DNA from: Perna viridis
Taxonomy: Eukaryota
NCBI GenBank assembly: GCA_037379345.1
Contig: CM074511.1
Coordinates: forward strand, 30,758,862-30,822,861
Reading direction: 5' to 3'
Length of the DNA stretch: 64,000 nt
The notes beneath the pieces are model-generated. The model had not been told where the DNA came from. It made no database searches and was given only the letters and a program-made list of their open reading frames with translations. Of this stretch, positions 52,330 to 64,000 are shown piece by piece. Made by a program: the position numbers and the translations under genes. Within the stretch, counting starts at the first letter, position 1. Every line of letters starts with the position of its first letter.

Positions 52330-52722
52330 GTTTGATATACAGCGCAGTATAAAAAAGTATGACACAAAAAAATCTTGTAGCAACATAACCCTGTTCCAGA
52401 AGCCTAATTGTAAGAAGTCTAGCGCGATACAAAAAGTCCATACGCAGGAGCTGAAAAGAAGTTGCCTCAAATGAAAGAAAATTCTGAATGAAAAGTCATC
52501 ACGTTTGACGTAAAGGTGCTCAATAGTTTTCCTTCACCATCGATCTCTAAGTGTAGGTCAAGATATGAAGCTGACGTCACAGTGTCTGCAGTATCCTTTA
52601 TCTCAAGTTCTTTGGGGTAGATGCGATGTATTAAATCCCCGAAACTAGGATTGTTTAGCGATAATTTGTCATCTATATAGCGAAAACTGAGATTAAAAGA
52701 TCTGGCTAACCAATGTTCGTTC
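52330..52722 (-). mobile_element. Naiad RT 3' fragment
   Basis: Reverse strand reads LARSFNLSFRYIDDKLSLNNPSFGDLIHRIYPKELEIKDT. Confidence 0.85.
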
Positions 52723-52869
52723 TTTGTTACTATTGTTCCTATTACTTTGTTGGTGATAATTTCTCTGAAGCTTTATCTAAGGGTCTGTAAATCTATGAAA
52801 CTACCACAAAGCATCAGAACGAAAAAAAGGTTAAAGTGCTCTTTGCATACTTGTGGCATTTGCTTTAGT

Positions 52870-55607
52870 AATGTCTTTAGGAGTCGTTTTTAGAACAGTT
52901 TCAATAGTGTCCACAAAACTATTACCTTAAATACATAATTGCTCATTCATATTACTTGAAATATGATCAGCTGAATCAATCGGAGGGCATTTTTTGCAGA
53001 TAGTGAATTTCAGATTATGATTTCTACTGAATGCCAACGTAGACCGCTATATCCTATCCAAGCAACTTGATAGCCATTTCTGTCTAATCCAATATAGGAT
53101 CCAGTTGGCCTTTGTTTAACATGTTCTGAGGCCCTATGAATAATAGACGAACCTAACATCCAAATGTCACCTGCATACCCTGAAATATTTTAATAATTCC
53201 TACGAATATAACGTTGAAAACATGTGGAGGACCATCGTCCTAAACGTTCGATATCATCCCCCCCCATTTTCCGATCAAAAAGGCTGAAGTAGCCGCATCA
53301 AATCTAAAAAAATGAGTATCAAAATTTTTAATTTCAACACAGAACGTAAAACGGTGTAAACTTGATAATGTGTAATAGGTTTGCCATTTAAGTAGCAAAA
53401 AAAGTGGACCGTCATTTCTTCGCTTTAGTTTTATAATTTCAATGAAAAATTCAACAGGATCTACAAGCATTTTTAATTTTTTTTTTTAAACTAATGTTGT
53501 GGATCTACCCTCTAATCAGTTTTTGAAAATTTTATACGTATACAGAGACACTCATTTTTGTCAAATATTGCGTCAGAATATTTTATAGTGTTTTTGTCTC
53601 CACATGTTGGCGTGATTGCAATTTCACCTACCCTTACAAAGGCATAAAATGCAGGACAAAATGCAGCCCTAAACAAAATACTTTCATAACTAGATGAACA
53701 TATATACTTTAAAACAGACACTAATGTCAATAATATGTCCTCAGTGGTTAATTTTCTCGTATCATGCCTCTTATGGATTTTATCAAAACCATCTTTTTGA
53801 TAATGAAACTATTTGTTACATCAATATATCCCTCAACTTTAATTTGGAAACTAATTCCTGAAATATATGATCTTACTGTTGACGGAGCATAATCTTTAAT
53901 TGATTAAAAAACAATAAGCTGAATTAATTGATCTAATGTAAGTGGCCATGAAAGTGGTAATCCATACTTCAATCTAAATTCATTGAACAATTTAACTGCA
54001 TTATCATACAATTTCTTTGAGTCCTCAACTGAAGAAGCATTTACTAATTTACTTCAATTTCAAAAGATCTAAGAAATCTAGAGGTACCTTCTTCGGAAAA
54101 TCTACTGCTTGTGAAGCTAGGTCTCTGAACTTCTGTATCTGTCCACTAGACAAAGCATCAGCAATTTTATCGCTTGTAGTGTACAAATGTTCAGCCTTAA
54201 ACTGAAAATTGTACTCTAATGTCCAAAGAACAATTGGGCTCAAAATAGACATAAGCCTAAACGATTTTGAAGTCTTCGTATTTGAAATGGACACAACTGC
54301 TTAATTATCACAATGAAATAAAAAATAGAAAATATATCTTCCCACAAATAAATAGCCATGGCAATTGGAATAATTTCAAGATACGTAATATCAGCCAGCA
54401 TTTCATTGGGCCAACTGGATGGCCACCTTAAAACTGCCCATTAACCATCTAGATAAGCTGCACGATTTACCACCTGCGCTATCAGTTTAGTTTCAATCCA
54501 AATTTAAAACCATCTAGTGAAATATTTGCATTATATCTATCTGGGCAGTTGTAAACTTCTCTTGTTCAATTATTTTTATTGCAGAATGTCCTAGAGACCA
54601 AATATTAAACTGATCATTATTTAGATCTGAAATTTCTTAAATTAATATCAATCAGAAATTTGTCTTGCATGGATTTTTCCTGAATTGATAGGTTTCTTTT
54701 GTTTTGAAAATGCATCAGATCTGTTATATCCAAATTGATTTACAACTTGTTGCTTGAAACCAGTATTAATAAATCTGATGCAATTAAAAGCAGAATGAAT
54801 CTTTACATTTAATGCATATATGCATGTAAAGGAAATTACGTCTAACACATATCCCTTTAAAATTGTAATCATAACATATCTTTGGACTATTGCTTTGTAG
54901 ATCATGTTGTTTAGTAGTTATAAACCTTAGCCACAACTGAATACCTATTTCCGACCACTTTTTGGTATGATTACGTGATACATGTAATCTGAATCGTTGA
55001 CCATATGTATACCACTGATCTTTTGAAGCATCTTTTGCAGCTTTTCTCATTGTACCCATATATGAACGCAGTTCAATAGCTTTTGTTTCATGTTTTATCA
55101 ACAAAATTTGAACGTAAGCAATGAATGCATCAGTCCAAGCAGCAATACCATCAAAATCATTAATTTTTTTCAACTTTATGCTTCAGCCACTCATTTTCCA
55201 CCATTAATTGATAAAACATTTTGGTTTTCATGGGGATTGTGAAAATTGCTTTTATGTAACAAAACGAGGTCAACGCACTCAAACTTCCATATATTTTTCT
55301 TTTGCAGCATTACTGACAAAAATATCTACTTCATTGAACTGTGGAACCAATTCAGGTTCATCAAAATTAGCTACATTAACCTCACCTAAAGGAACTTGCA
55401 TTTCCTGGTTCACAGGTTCTCCCTGCCTATCAGCTGCTGCAATCTTGGGTTGAAACTTGGATTGAACTGGTTCAGCTTCATTTTAAATCTGACCCCGTCT
55501 ACGCCTTGGTTGCCTATGGACTGGATTGTGCCTCGTCCCCTACCTCTCGGCATACTGCAATCTGCTAATTGTACAAAAGCATTTGCATTACCATCATTAA
55601 ATTGATT
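52870..55607 (-). mobile_element. Ngaro-like (DIRS order) tyrosine-recombinase retrotransposon, degraded
   Basis: gag-like ORF1 WTDAFIAY..WYTY.QRFR..LWL with Cys/His finger. RNase H FHCDN.AVVSI..KTSKS..IADALS. YR FYAFVRVGEI, IKFSKTD, HFFRFDAAT (HSFRIGAAT), GKW. Terminal SGNH-like ORF IWMLGSSIIHRA..WIGYSGLRW. RT core largely deleted. Confidence 0.85.
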
Positions 55608-55620
55608 ACTTAAGGCAAGT

Positions 55621-56126
55621 GACCCGTGCAGGTCCGGGTGTCAAATTATAGGCCTGCAGCATGTCGTAAAAGGCGACTAATTAGTGCTCAGAACCCTAGG
55701 CGGGGGCTAGCGCGCTTTGCCAACAGAGCAACTCAGTTGTGTTCCCCAGGTGGTGGAATGGGGTACACCTGGCGTGTTACATGCTGGGGTTGTCAAGCTA
55801 TAATACGGAAAACCTGACCGCAAACCATAGTGGTGCATGGTGTTGGGAAAGATGCCACGTTCCTCGCATGTTAAACAATCCTACTGTGGTATTCTGCCGG
55901 AGTAGGAACCATAGGGCTCCGCCACAGGAGGCTAAATTGCCCGACCCTACCCACCTCTCCCTATTTCCAGTGGCAATCAAAATTTCTCGACCCCATTGTC
56001 CTTGTGTCCCGTCCCATTTTTCATTTCATCATCATTTTATGTTCATTGTATCATTCACGTGAAGTGCAACGCCTGGATATAGCTGAAATATTGCTGCTCG
56101 AGCGAACAAAACAAGCAAGCAAACAA
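55621..56126 (+). mobile_element. Full-length SINE-like retroposon with 13 bp TSD
   Basis: TSD ACTTAAGGCAAGT (55608-55620) / ACTTACGGCAAGT (56127-56139). (CAAR)n tail. Paralog at 373-869. Confidence 0.85.
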
Positions 56127-59100
56127 ACTTACGGCAAGTAAACTAAATTGTTTGATTAAATTCGTATTGAATAAGATTGAGCTCAATGTGTATTATGTAC
56201 AATGAGATTTTATTAAATGTATAATATTTTAATTTGCATATTTGTACAATATATATGAAAATTGTTTGATGTTGATTTAATTGAATTATTATTTATAGAC
56301 TCAAGCGATATACACAGTATAATAATCGAACGAAACTCTGATATTTATGTATTTGTAAAGTTGAGGAATTTATGCATGTATAATTATATCAAATGTAATA
56401 GTCTCATTTAAGTAATGATTTTGCATATTCTTCCTTTCGTTATCATTACTAGTGTAAATATAAATGTAACGAAGCTTAAGTTCTATGTACTTATCTGCTT
56501 AATACAGCTACTAAACTGCATAGTGTTCTTTTACACTTTTAAGTTCAACAAATTCAGTTAAATTATTTTAAAACTATATTACTACTGAAATATACAAACT
56601 TGATGATATACAAAAATTGTATATTGAAATTATCAATTGCTCATTTTTCACAAATATTTCATTTAACAAATTGAAATAAAGTATCAATTACCGAAATGAT
56701 ATCATTAATTTACACTATTGAAATTACTTTGCAATAAAATCAAATAAATTTATATAAATAGAAGCTAATGAAAGGGAGGTAATAAATACAAATTTAGCAC
56801 TACATGCTAAGCATTATAATACATTGCATCTCTATTTGAAGTTATGAAATAACCAATAAATGTATGATTGTCATTGACAAAGAAAATTCACATGCGAATC
56901 TTACGTGCACTTAATTATTCTAAGGAATAAATATCTTGTATATTTGCCGAACTAAGACATTACATGTGTAACTTAAGTACCTTGTATTTCAACTGAAAGC
57001 GGGAAAAGTATATGCCTTTGCACGGAGTTAAAAGCGCGTAATCCATTATACCGTTTGAAATTCTTTTGATTGTCGCTTAGGTATTTTAAATATTTCAACT
57101 AAATGATAACATATAAAAGATAACAAATAGTACTAATGCAGTAAAATAATTTAAATTATTTAAATTTAGTTAACTCTGTCATTATTCCAACAAATGAAAT
57201 TCTTTCCAAATATAGCACAAAATAAACGAAATTCTTAACAAACGCTAGGGGTTCCCTCACCCGGAATATTCATCTGGATACGTCATACATGAACGTGCAT
57301 AAGGTAAATGAAAACGCGTTAATAGATGTGGCTAGAGCACTTTGTATAAGCTGTAAAACGTTTTTTTCTCTTTTATAGTTGCACAGTTCTCGAGGTCTAG
57401 AAAAAAGTAGTTTTTTTTAGATGGAGTGTCAATGTAGTTTTATTTACGTTTTATATTCTTGCATATTGTGACGACAGTAACTAACATATGAATAATTACA
57501 TCATAACAAAATTGCGGCTCCCACCACTTCATTAAATATTTCCTCTTTTGAAATGGGTAAATTTGAATAATGAATTCCAAACCAAAGTTATTGTTATTTT
57601 TTCTCTGTCAAAATAATAAAGTCATAACAGAAAATCAACGTCCAAATAATTTCCAAAGATCTTCTTAAATTAATGTTTATATTTAGGTGAATTTTTCTAC
57701 TAATAATAACTGCCGTCAACGTACTTGTACATTTATCAATATACAATATCATAACCAAAAACAAATCGAATGTTGTTTCTACAAAAAGATAACGTGAGAA
57801 ACAATCATATGATCTGAAGGTGTGCTCCAATCGTTTACAGCTTTAAATGAATATTTTATAAGTTCAGTCGTTTTATTTTTATTTTTGGTTGTACCAAAAG
57901 ATTCACACAACATATTTTCGTCGATGTTTTACCTGTATTAACTGGTTACAATCATATCATTGCACCTTTCTTTTGGCGAGGCAGATGATTTAATATTACT
58001 ATATGTACATTTTTAACACAATTGCGGAAATGAAATTAAATGTGCATGGTTCCTTCAATTGATCTTCTGACTGGTTCCTGCAGGTAGCAACTCCGCACTG
58101 TGGCTGCCTAAAAACACATCAAAGTCTGTGATCATTGTCAAATCAAACTGTTGTTATCAGTGGTTAACTTTCTGAAGTTATTCCCACCAATCTCTCCTAT
58201 AAAATGAAAAGTGAGTAAATAGCTGTCATCTTTGATAATAAGTTACATATAGGAAAATAATATGTGGCTGGTTAATGTGGTGCAGATGTTGATGGTCATA
58301 ACGTTCTTTTACAAAAATCTATGAGCAAAAAAAAAACTTACAACATAAATACAGCTTTTATACACACCAATAACTTCCAGAAAATCAACTTGTTTCAGAT
58401 TATTTATCTGATCCCCACTACAAAACGTCAGATAGAGATGTATCGCAACATGTAGAAGCAACAATGTCAACATGATCTGTGTTGAAAAATGACAAATTAA
58501 GTAAAAGTAATTGTCGGCCAATAAAATAAGAGAGAAATTTTTTTCGTAATAACTGTAGTGTTTTCTATATGCTGCATATACATGTACCACTTCATATCAA
58601 ATTGTAAATTTTGTGGTACATGGTTTATATCCTTCTGTTGGGTGTTTTTTATTTCCTTCCAGAAATTTTCCTGATGTTTACTTATTTCAAACCAGCAATT
58701 ATATATTTTTATACCGAAGGTTTCGATGTTGACAATTGAAAGTGTGAATACGATGTTTTGGGAAGAGCATTTTGATGACGAGTCATAAAAACGCGTTTGT
58801 TTGATTTTCTAAGTTTTATACAGAAGGTTTCGATGTTGACCATTGAAAATGTGAATACGATGTTTCCGGAAAAATTTTCTGACGACGAAAAACCAGGTTT
58901 CATGTTTTGTTTATCAGCTGTTTATTCTAAATGTAGTTATTCCCTTCTATTTTATTATGAAAACACTGTTTATAAAGGAAGAAAAATCTTAAAAATATTG
59001 ACCTTAAAAACGCGTTTGGGTTTTAAAATTAAGATCATTTGAGTAAGTGAAAAAGCTATTAGCTGATTCATTAGAGGTGGTGTGTGTCGGCAGTTTTCTT

Positions 59101-60364
59101 TTCAGTACTTTTTACCCCTAAAGAAGGCCGTTAGTCCGAAAATGTGGGCCCATATTCTTTATTTTGTAAAAACTATATTCTATTTGTTTGTTGTTCATTT
59201 CTACCCTTTAAACATGGCTATTGTTCACTTATTCATTATTCTTATTTACATTTAATTTGAGCCACTTCGCAACATAAAATATCTTTTTAATTAAGGAATA
59301 ATTTAACATCCATTAAAAAGATCAGTATCATTTGATAGTATAAGTAGCGTACCGTTCAGTAGCATATTTAGTATTAGTGTTCGACGAATAACCCCTAATA
59401 GAGAAAATCATCGGATATTTAAACATTTATTTAAAAACCTAATTTCATCTATGCTCTTCAAACAGAAGGTCGCAACAAGTTCACTCCATTTTACGCTGTC
59501 CTTCGCCACATGTTGTGTTCGTACCAAGGTGAACCCAAATCCTGCAGCTCATGCAGTACGGTTCTTTATTTCGTGTGTTGCAGTTTTGTTTCGTTCAAAC
59601 TTAAAACTTTTGTTATTTCTACTTCTATTTCAACCTTTGTCTTGTTTTGCCCACAAAAAATTAATAAATAAAAAAAAAACAAACAAACAAACAATCAAAA
59701 CCCGTCTCCCTCAAGTATTCTATCTTCCACATTGAAGGCGAGTTTTACCTTGACTGTTATGTCTTCCGATGTTTTACCCCTAACGGCAAACTAAACAAAC
59801 GCCTTGTATTACATAACAATATGTTTTATTTAGTAATCTAAATTATCTCATATAAACTTATACACTTAACTTAATGTTAAACCAATACTTCAGTATAAAC
59901 CTGGTATACAGCTTGATTTAGGTAATGAATCTGTCAATTGATGATTATTTGGTCTATTTGACTTTAAATATGGATAGATTTATTTATGAATTTACACCTA
60001 GTGAAGGTCACATGAACCTTAAGATAATTAAAAAAAAACTATTTTGAAAAACCATGTAGTTATGTGATTAAGTTCTACAATACACTATGTAACATTACAC
60101 ATGTTTCGATACCATCAGATCTTTCTATCATTATCTATGTCTATATTTGATCCTGTTTTTTATCATCTTAATTTAATTTGTCTATTTATGATAAATGTCA
60201 AACTTTCTGGATTATTATACTTTATTAACTTCTTGACACTTTGATGAATAAAATAACATCACTCACGTGTGAATCGGTTTTTCCTGGACCTGTTTATTAT
60301 CCGTGTCGGGGATATGCATCACGTTAACTAGACTATTACTGGATTATACGCACTTGCAATCTGA

Positions 60365-60420
60365 CAAGTGTTTCTAATGGAGAAGGACATGCTTATCCTC
60401 CCGGAGCACCTGATGTCTTT
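60365..60420 (+). mobile_element. 3'-end motif of a related Naiad subfamily
   Basis: GTGTTTCTAATGGAGAAGGACATGCTTATCCTCCCGGAGCACCTGA resembles the GTGTTTCT..GCTTACCC..CCGG.GCACCTG motif of the other copies. Confidence 0.45.
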
Positions 60421-62735
60421 CTCGGTATTTTTGTAGTCCAAAATGTTAGTGCTTTAGGTTTTTTTGTAACGTCTGTTTTTCCTCATCTTTTGTTTTTATA
60501 TGAAATATTTTTATTCGGTTAGCTACATTGTGCATGCATTTCGTGTTCACGTTCACGTTTGTTTTTTATTTTGACGTATTGAAATTATCCCACTACTGAC
60601 ATTTCGGTATTTTTGCCGATATTTAGTTCGCCATTATCAAAAGTATTCTCTTATGCTATGTTACAATTGTGTTGACGCAAAATCGTATGTCATTCAAATA
60701 TGTTTCTTTAAAATAAAATGTTTTCAATTATTTGGTCACTTCTTTTACTTTTATAAGTTTTGTGCAATAAAAGGTGAAAGTAAATCTAGCAACAATGGCA
60801 AATATATATACAGTAAAAATACAAATGCTGCATTATTGTTGCTAGTTCAAGAAATATTGCATTAGAACCGGTTTGTTAAGCTTTGTTAAGCCTCATTTGA
60901 ATTTTTCAACTGTAAATTCCTGCTCTTGTCTGTCATAAGTTCTTAAACGTGTGTTAATGACTAAACAAGACAAACATATGTGTGTATCTTCTAATTTATT
61001 GCATTCGAGTTTGAATGTTTTTTCTCGATATAACTGACTGTTTTGGGATTCTATTTTTATAGTTTGAATTTATCATGTTTTTGCACAATTATCAAATTTC
61101 AAATAAATATCAATCTTCAAAAATGTGACATGAAAATGGAATACAGAAGTTTCTGAGAAACACAATAATAAAGAAAAGAAAATAAACAGTTACAGACAAT
61201 TATAATAAAGTGCAACAATTTTTTAAACTCCTAAAAATTGAGCGAGTTCAGGGCAGTAATTTTTGTCGATGAAATGATGTATGAAATATAAGCTAAAATT
61301 TATATCTCCTTTCAGATTATGCGTGGAATGGTTTAATAAAATTTGCACTGAATTAGAATAAGTTGTTAAAATTACTTATACTGTAGAAGTTCAAAGGTTT
61401 GTCAAATTTATTTTAATCAACAATGTTGTTGTCTGCATTACATTACCCAAATCTATAACCATGGTTAATGTCCCCTTATGAAAGCTTATTCGTTATAAGT
61501 GGATATAAGAAAATGAAAAAAAAGTTCTATTTTAGAATAAACTCTATTTTAACTATATATACACAGTATTCATATTATACAATTTTTAAATATGAATTAA
61601 ATATTAAAACCATTCTACGTTATTCTTGAACTATTCAATTTAATGGAAAGCAATCAGCAATTTAAGCAGTTTTGCAACTACTGGGCATACAAATAGTATA
61701 TTTTTCTTTTCAAGGAAATAAAAAAAAAAGATATTAATTCTTTCATACCCATTAACATCAATGTTTAATATAAGTCATGAGCTACATAAAATGTTTAAAC
61801 GAAAGACATCACAAGCACGGTGCTTTGTAACACAATGATTGTTCTCTTGCAAGTCAATGTATGTTTTCCCTTAATGAAAAGATAAATACTTTACGTTGGG
61901 CCATGTATGTAAACAGTTAAAGGCAATCTAAAAAAAATAAGGGACAAAAACCATTATCTATGTTTTTAACAGAAAACCGGTCTACCCTGAAACATATTCT
62001 CAACAAGACCATCATGCACAAAAGGTCTCCATTTAAACGACAATAATTTAAATAAATCACATTTACCGCTTGGTCACAAATTTAAGGTGACAACCACAAT
62101 GCTTAAAACATGATGCTTTGGAATATGCAGATTTGAAGTGCATATACATGTCCGCTTGAAAGGAACAAATGTAAATTGTCAACTACGTATGCGTTAATTT
62201 ACACACACAGCTATGTGTTGAGACATAGCTTTTCGTGCACCCCCCTAAAAAAAGAGTATTGAATAACAGAATATAGTTCTCACGAGCGATTCGTCTTACA
62301 TCTTCGCTTAATGAGTTGCTCTCTATACATAAATGTTTTGTTTTTCTCTATCAAAAGAATAAAGCTGTTTGCTGGATTTTTGTTTTTCCTTTTGGTGTAT
62401 TTGTGTTTTGAGCTTTTGCAATTGGCTGCTTTAGATGATCAAACGGAATACAACTTCCTTATTTTATAGTTCACTGAAAAATTGTTGGTTGTGTTGTTTG
62501 AGTATTCGTGTTCCATGTAATGGGAGGTGGTAACCTATTTGTTTCTCTATATTTTTGTAATAATAATATTTATGTGTGTTTGATAATCATGAAAAGTTAC
62601 ATTTTTGAGCTTTTCAAACGTTTATTCAATATCGTATTGTTACATGTTTACATCGTAGTTATGACCTCGTCAGCCTACCGCAACTGAAAATATACATCAA
62701 ATTAATTTCATTATTTTAAGTAATAATAGCCTGGG

Positions 62736-62800
62736 AGAGTATTCAAGGAAACCAAATTTCTAGCGGAAATCAAAAGAATGCAATCCAGAGACAAAACCTA
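62736..62800 (-). mobile_element. Extreme 3' tip of Naiad element
   Basis: AGAGTATTCAAGGAAACCAA..GCGGAAATCAAAAGAATGCAATCCAGAGACAAAACC matches 16666-16730. Confidence 0.65.
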
Positions 62801-64000
62801 CCCTTTCTCTTGAACCACTATGCTAGTGTTGTACGATCTTTTCACATTTACAGTCGGTTATCTTTTCTTATGGACAAGTGGCAATCGACTGATTATAGAT
62901 TGTAATCGATTGTTCTTTATTCTATTTACAAATCATTTCAGTATAGCATTACTTTTAAACTTTTCCTCTTCATGTTCACATATATTTTAACATCAACATA
63001 TAATAAATTTTTGCTTTTTTCTGTAAACAATCGTTTTATGTATAACAAATGTACTACTCCATTGGCCAATATTTCCACTTCTACTTCTATCTATTTTTAA
63101 TCTAGCGTTGAAGTAAATGCCAAAAATACGCCCTAGATTTATCATTTACGTTTTGTTTAAGAAGAAAAAAACAGTGCCTAAAGTTTACCTGAATAGTGAA
63201 TAATGATTTTGACAGAGAATAAATTACTGAATCTCAATCGATTAATCGTATCTAGAAGGCAAACCACATGATTTGAGAGATTTGAGACTTGTTGATCATC
63301 AAAACACCACAGTACCCTCCGTAACACCCTCTTGTCAAAATATCTGCATAGACAGCCGTGAATAATTGACATTTGACAAATGAAATGTTTGACCAGCTGT
63401 CAATTGAGTAAAATACCCTTTAGTCATAATCACCTGTGTTGAATAAAATATATGTAAATCATTCTGTTTATGCATAGGAAATATATACATATGTACAAGT
63501 TAACTTTTATTTTCAAATTGTTCCATGGAAAAAATGACAATTTCATTTAAATAGTACCACTAAAGGAAGATGGAAAGAAACTAAGATATATATTAGATAT
63601 AATAAATCTAATAGTTAATGAGTCTAGGTTAAATTAAAATGCAAATTTCATTTCTAATTAATAGTAGAGCAATGACGATAATCAGACGACTTCATTCAAG
63701 ATTATATTTTATAGAAAAGTTAATTGCTCTTCTATTTCTTTATTTTTGTTTTACAATTTTCTGTTTCTGTGATTATTTTTTTTCAATGTATTGAATTATG
63801 CCGTATGCTCTTTATTTTTTTATTTGTGAATCGTTGGGATGGTATTGTTTTCCTATTAACTTTGTGGGAACTCAATATCCATCCACATAGCTGCATCATA
63901 ACAGTTATCAACTTTAGAAATCTGGTTGTGTCCAAGATGATAGATCCTCCATTGCTTGACTAACATCCTTCAAACTTAAATGAATGGCCAGCAGCAATTG

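Noticed and set aside
55621-55700. HDV-like ribozyme at the SINE 5' end
   Set aside because: Pairing order is a simple H-type pseudoknot plus hairpin. I could not build the nested P1/P1.1/P2/P3 of an HDV fold.
63178-63372. ADILTRG peptide resembling BEL RNase H in an alternative frame
   Set aside because: Isolated 7-residue match with no flanking BEL motifs.

Overview
AT-rich eukaryotic DNA, most likely from a bivalve mollusc. This is inferred from the C1q-domain gene, the STAND-NTPase/ankyrin gene, the lineage-expanded intronless GPCRs and the repeat types. The core is a tandemly duplicated cluster of four intronless class-A GPCR paralogs: intact at 14816-15952 and 45397-46542, disrupted at 22718-23836 and 38722-39733. 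To the left lie a frameshifted nSTAND3-type NTPase + ankyrin gene (minus strand) and a frameshifted two-exon secreted C1q-domain gene. The rest is decayed mobile DNA: many Naiad-type Penelope-like element pieces, BEL/Pao, Ngaro/DIRS, RTE, a CR1/L2-type LINE tail, a Harbinger transposase relic, CMC/EnSpm-like and Kolobok-like non-autonomous elements, and two copies of a SINE-like retroposon. The most interesting signals are RNA structures: (1) a minimal type I hammerhead ribozyme with an intact core at 44218-44261, inside a ~285 bp retrozyme-like insertion upstream of the second intact GPCR; (2) an H-type pseudoknot at the exact 5' end of a TSD-flanked SINE-like element; (3) a stem-closed structured domain in the 3' end of the Naiad elements. 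All calls were made by eye. Family names rest on recognised motifs, not database searches, and many repeat boundaries are approximate.
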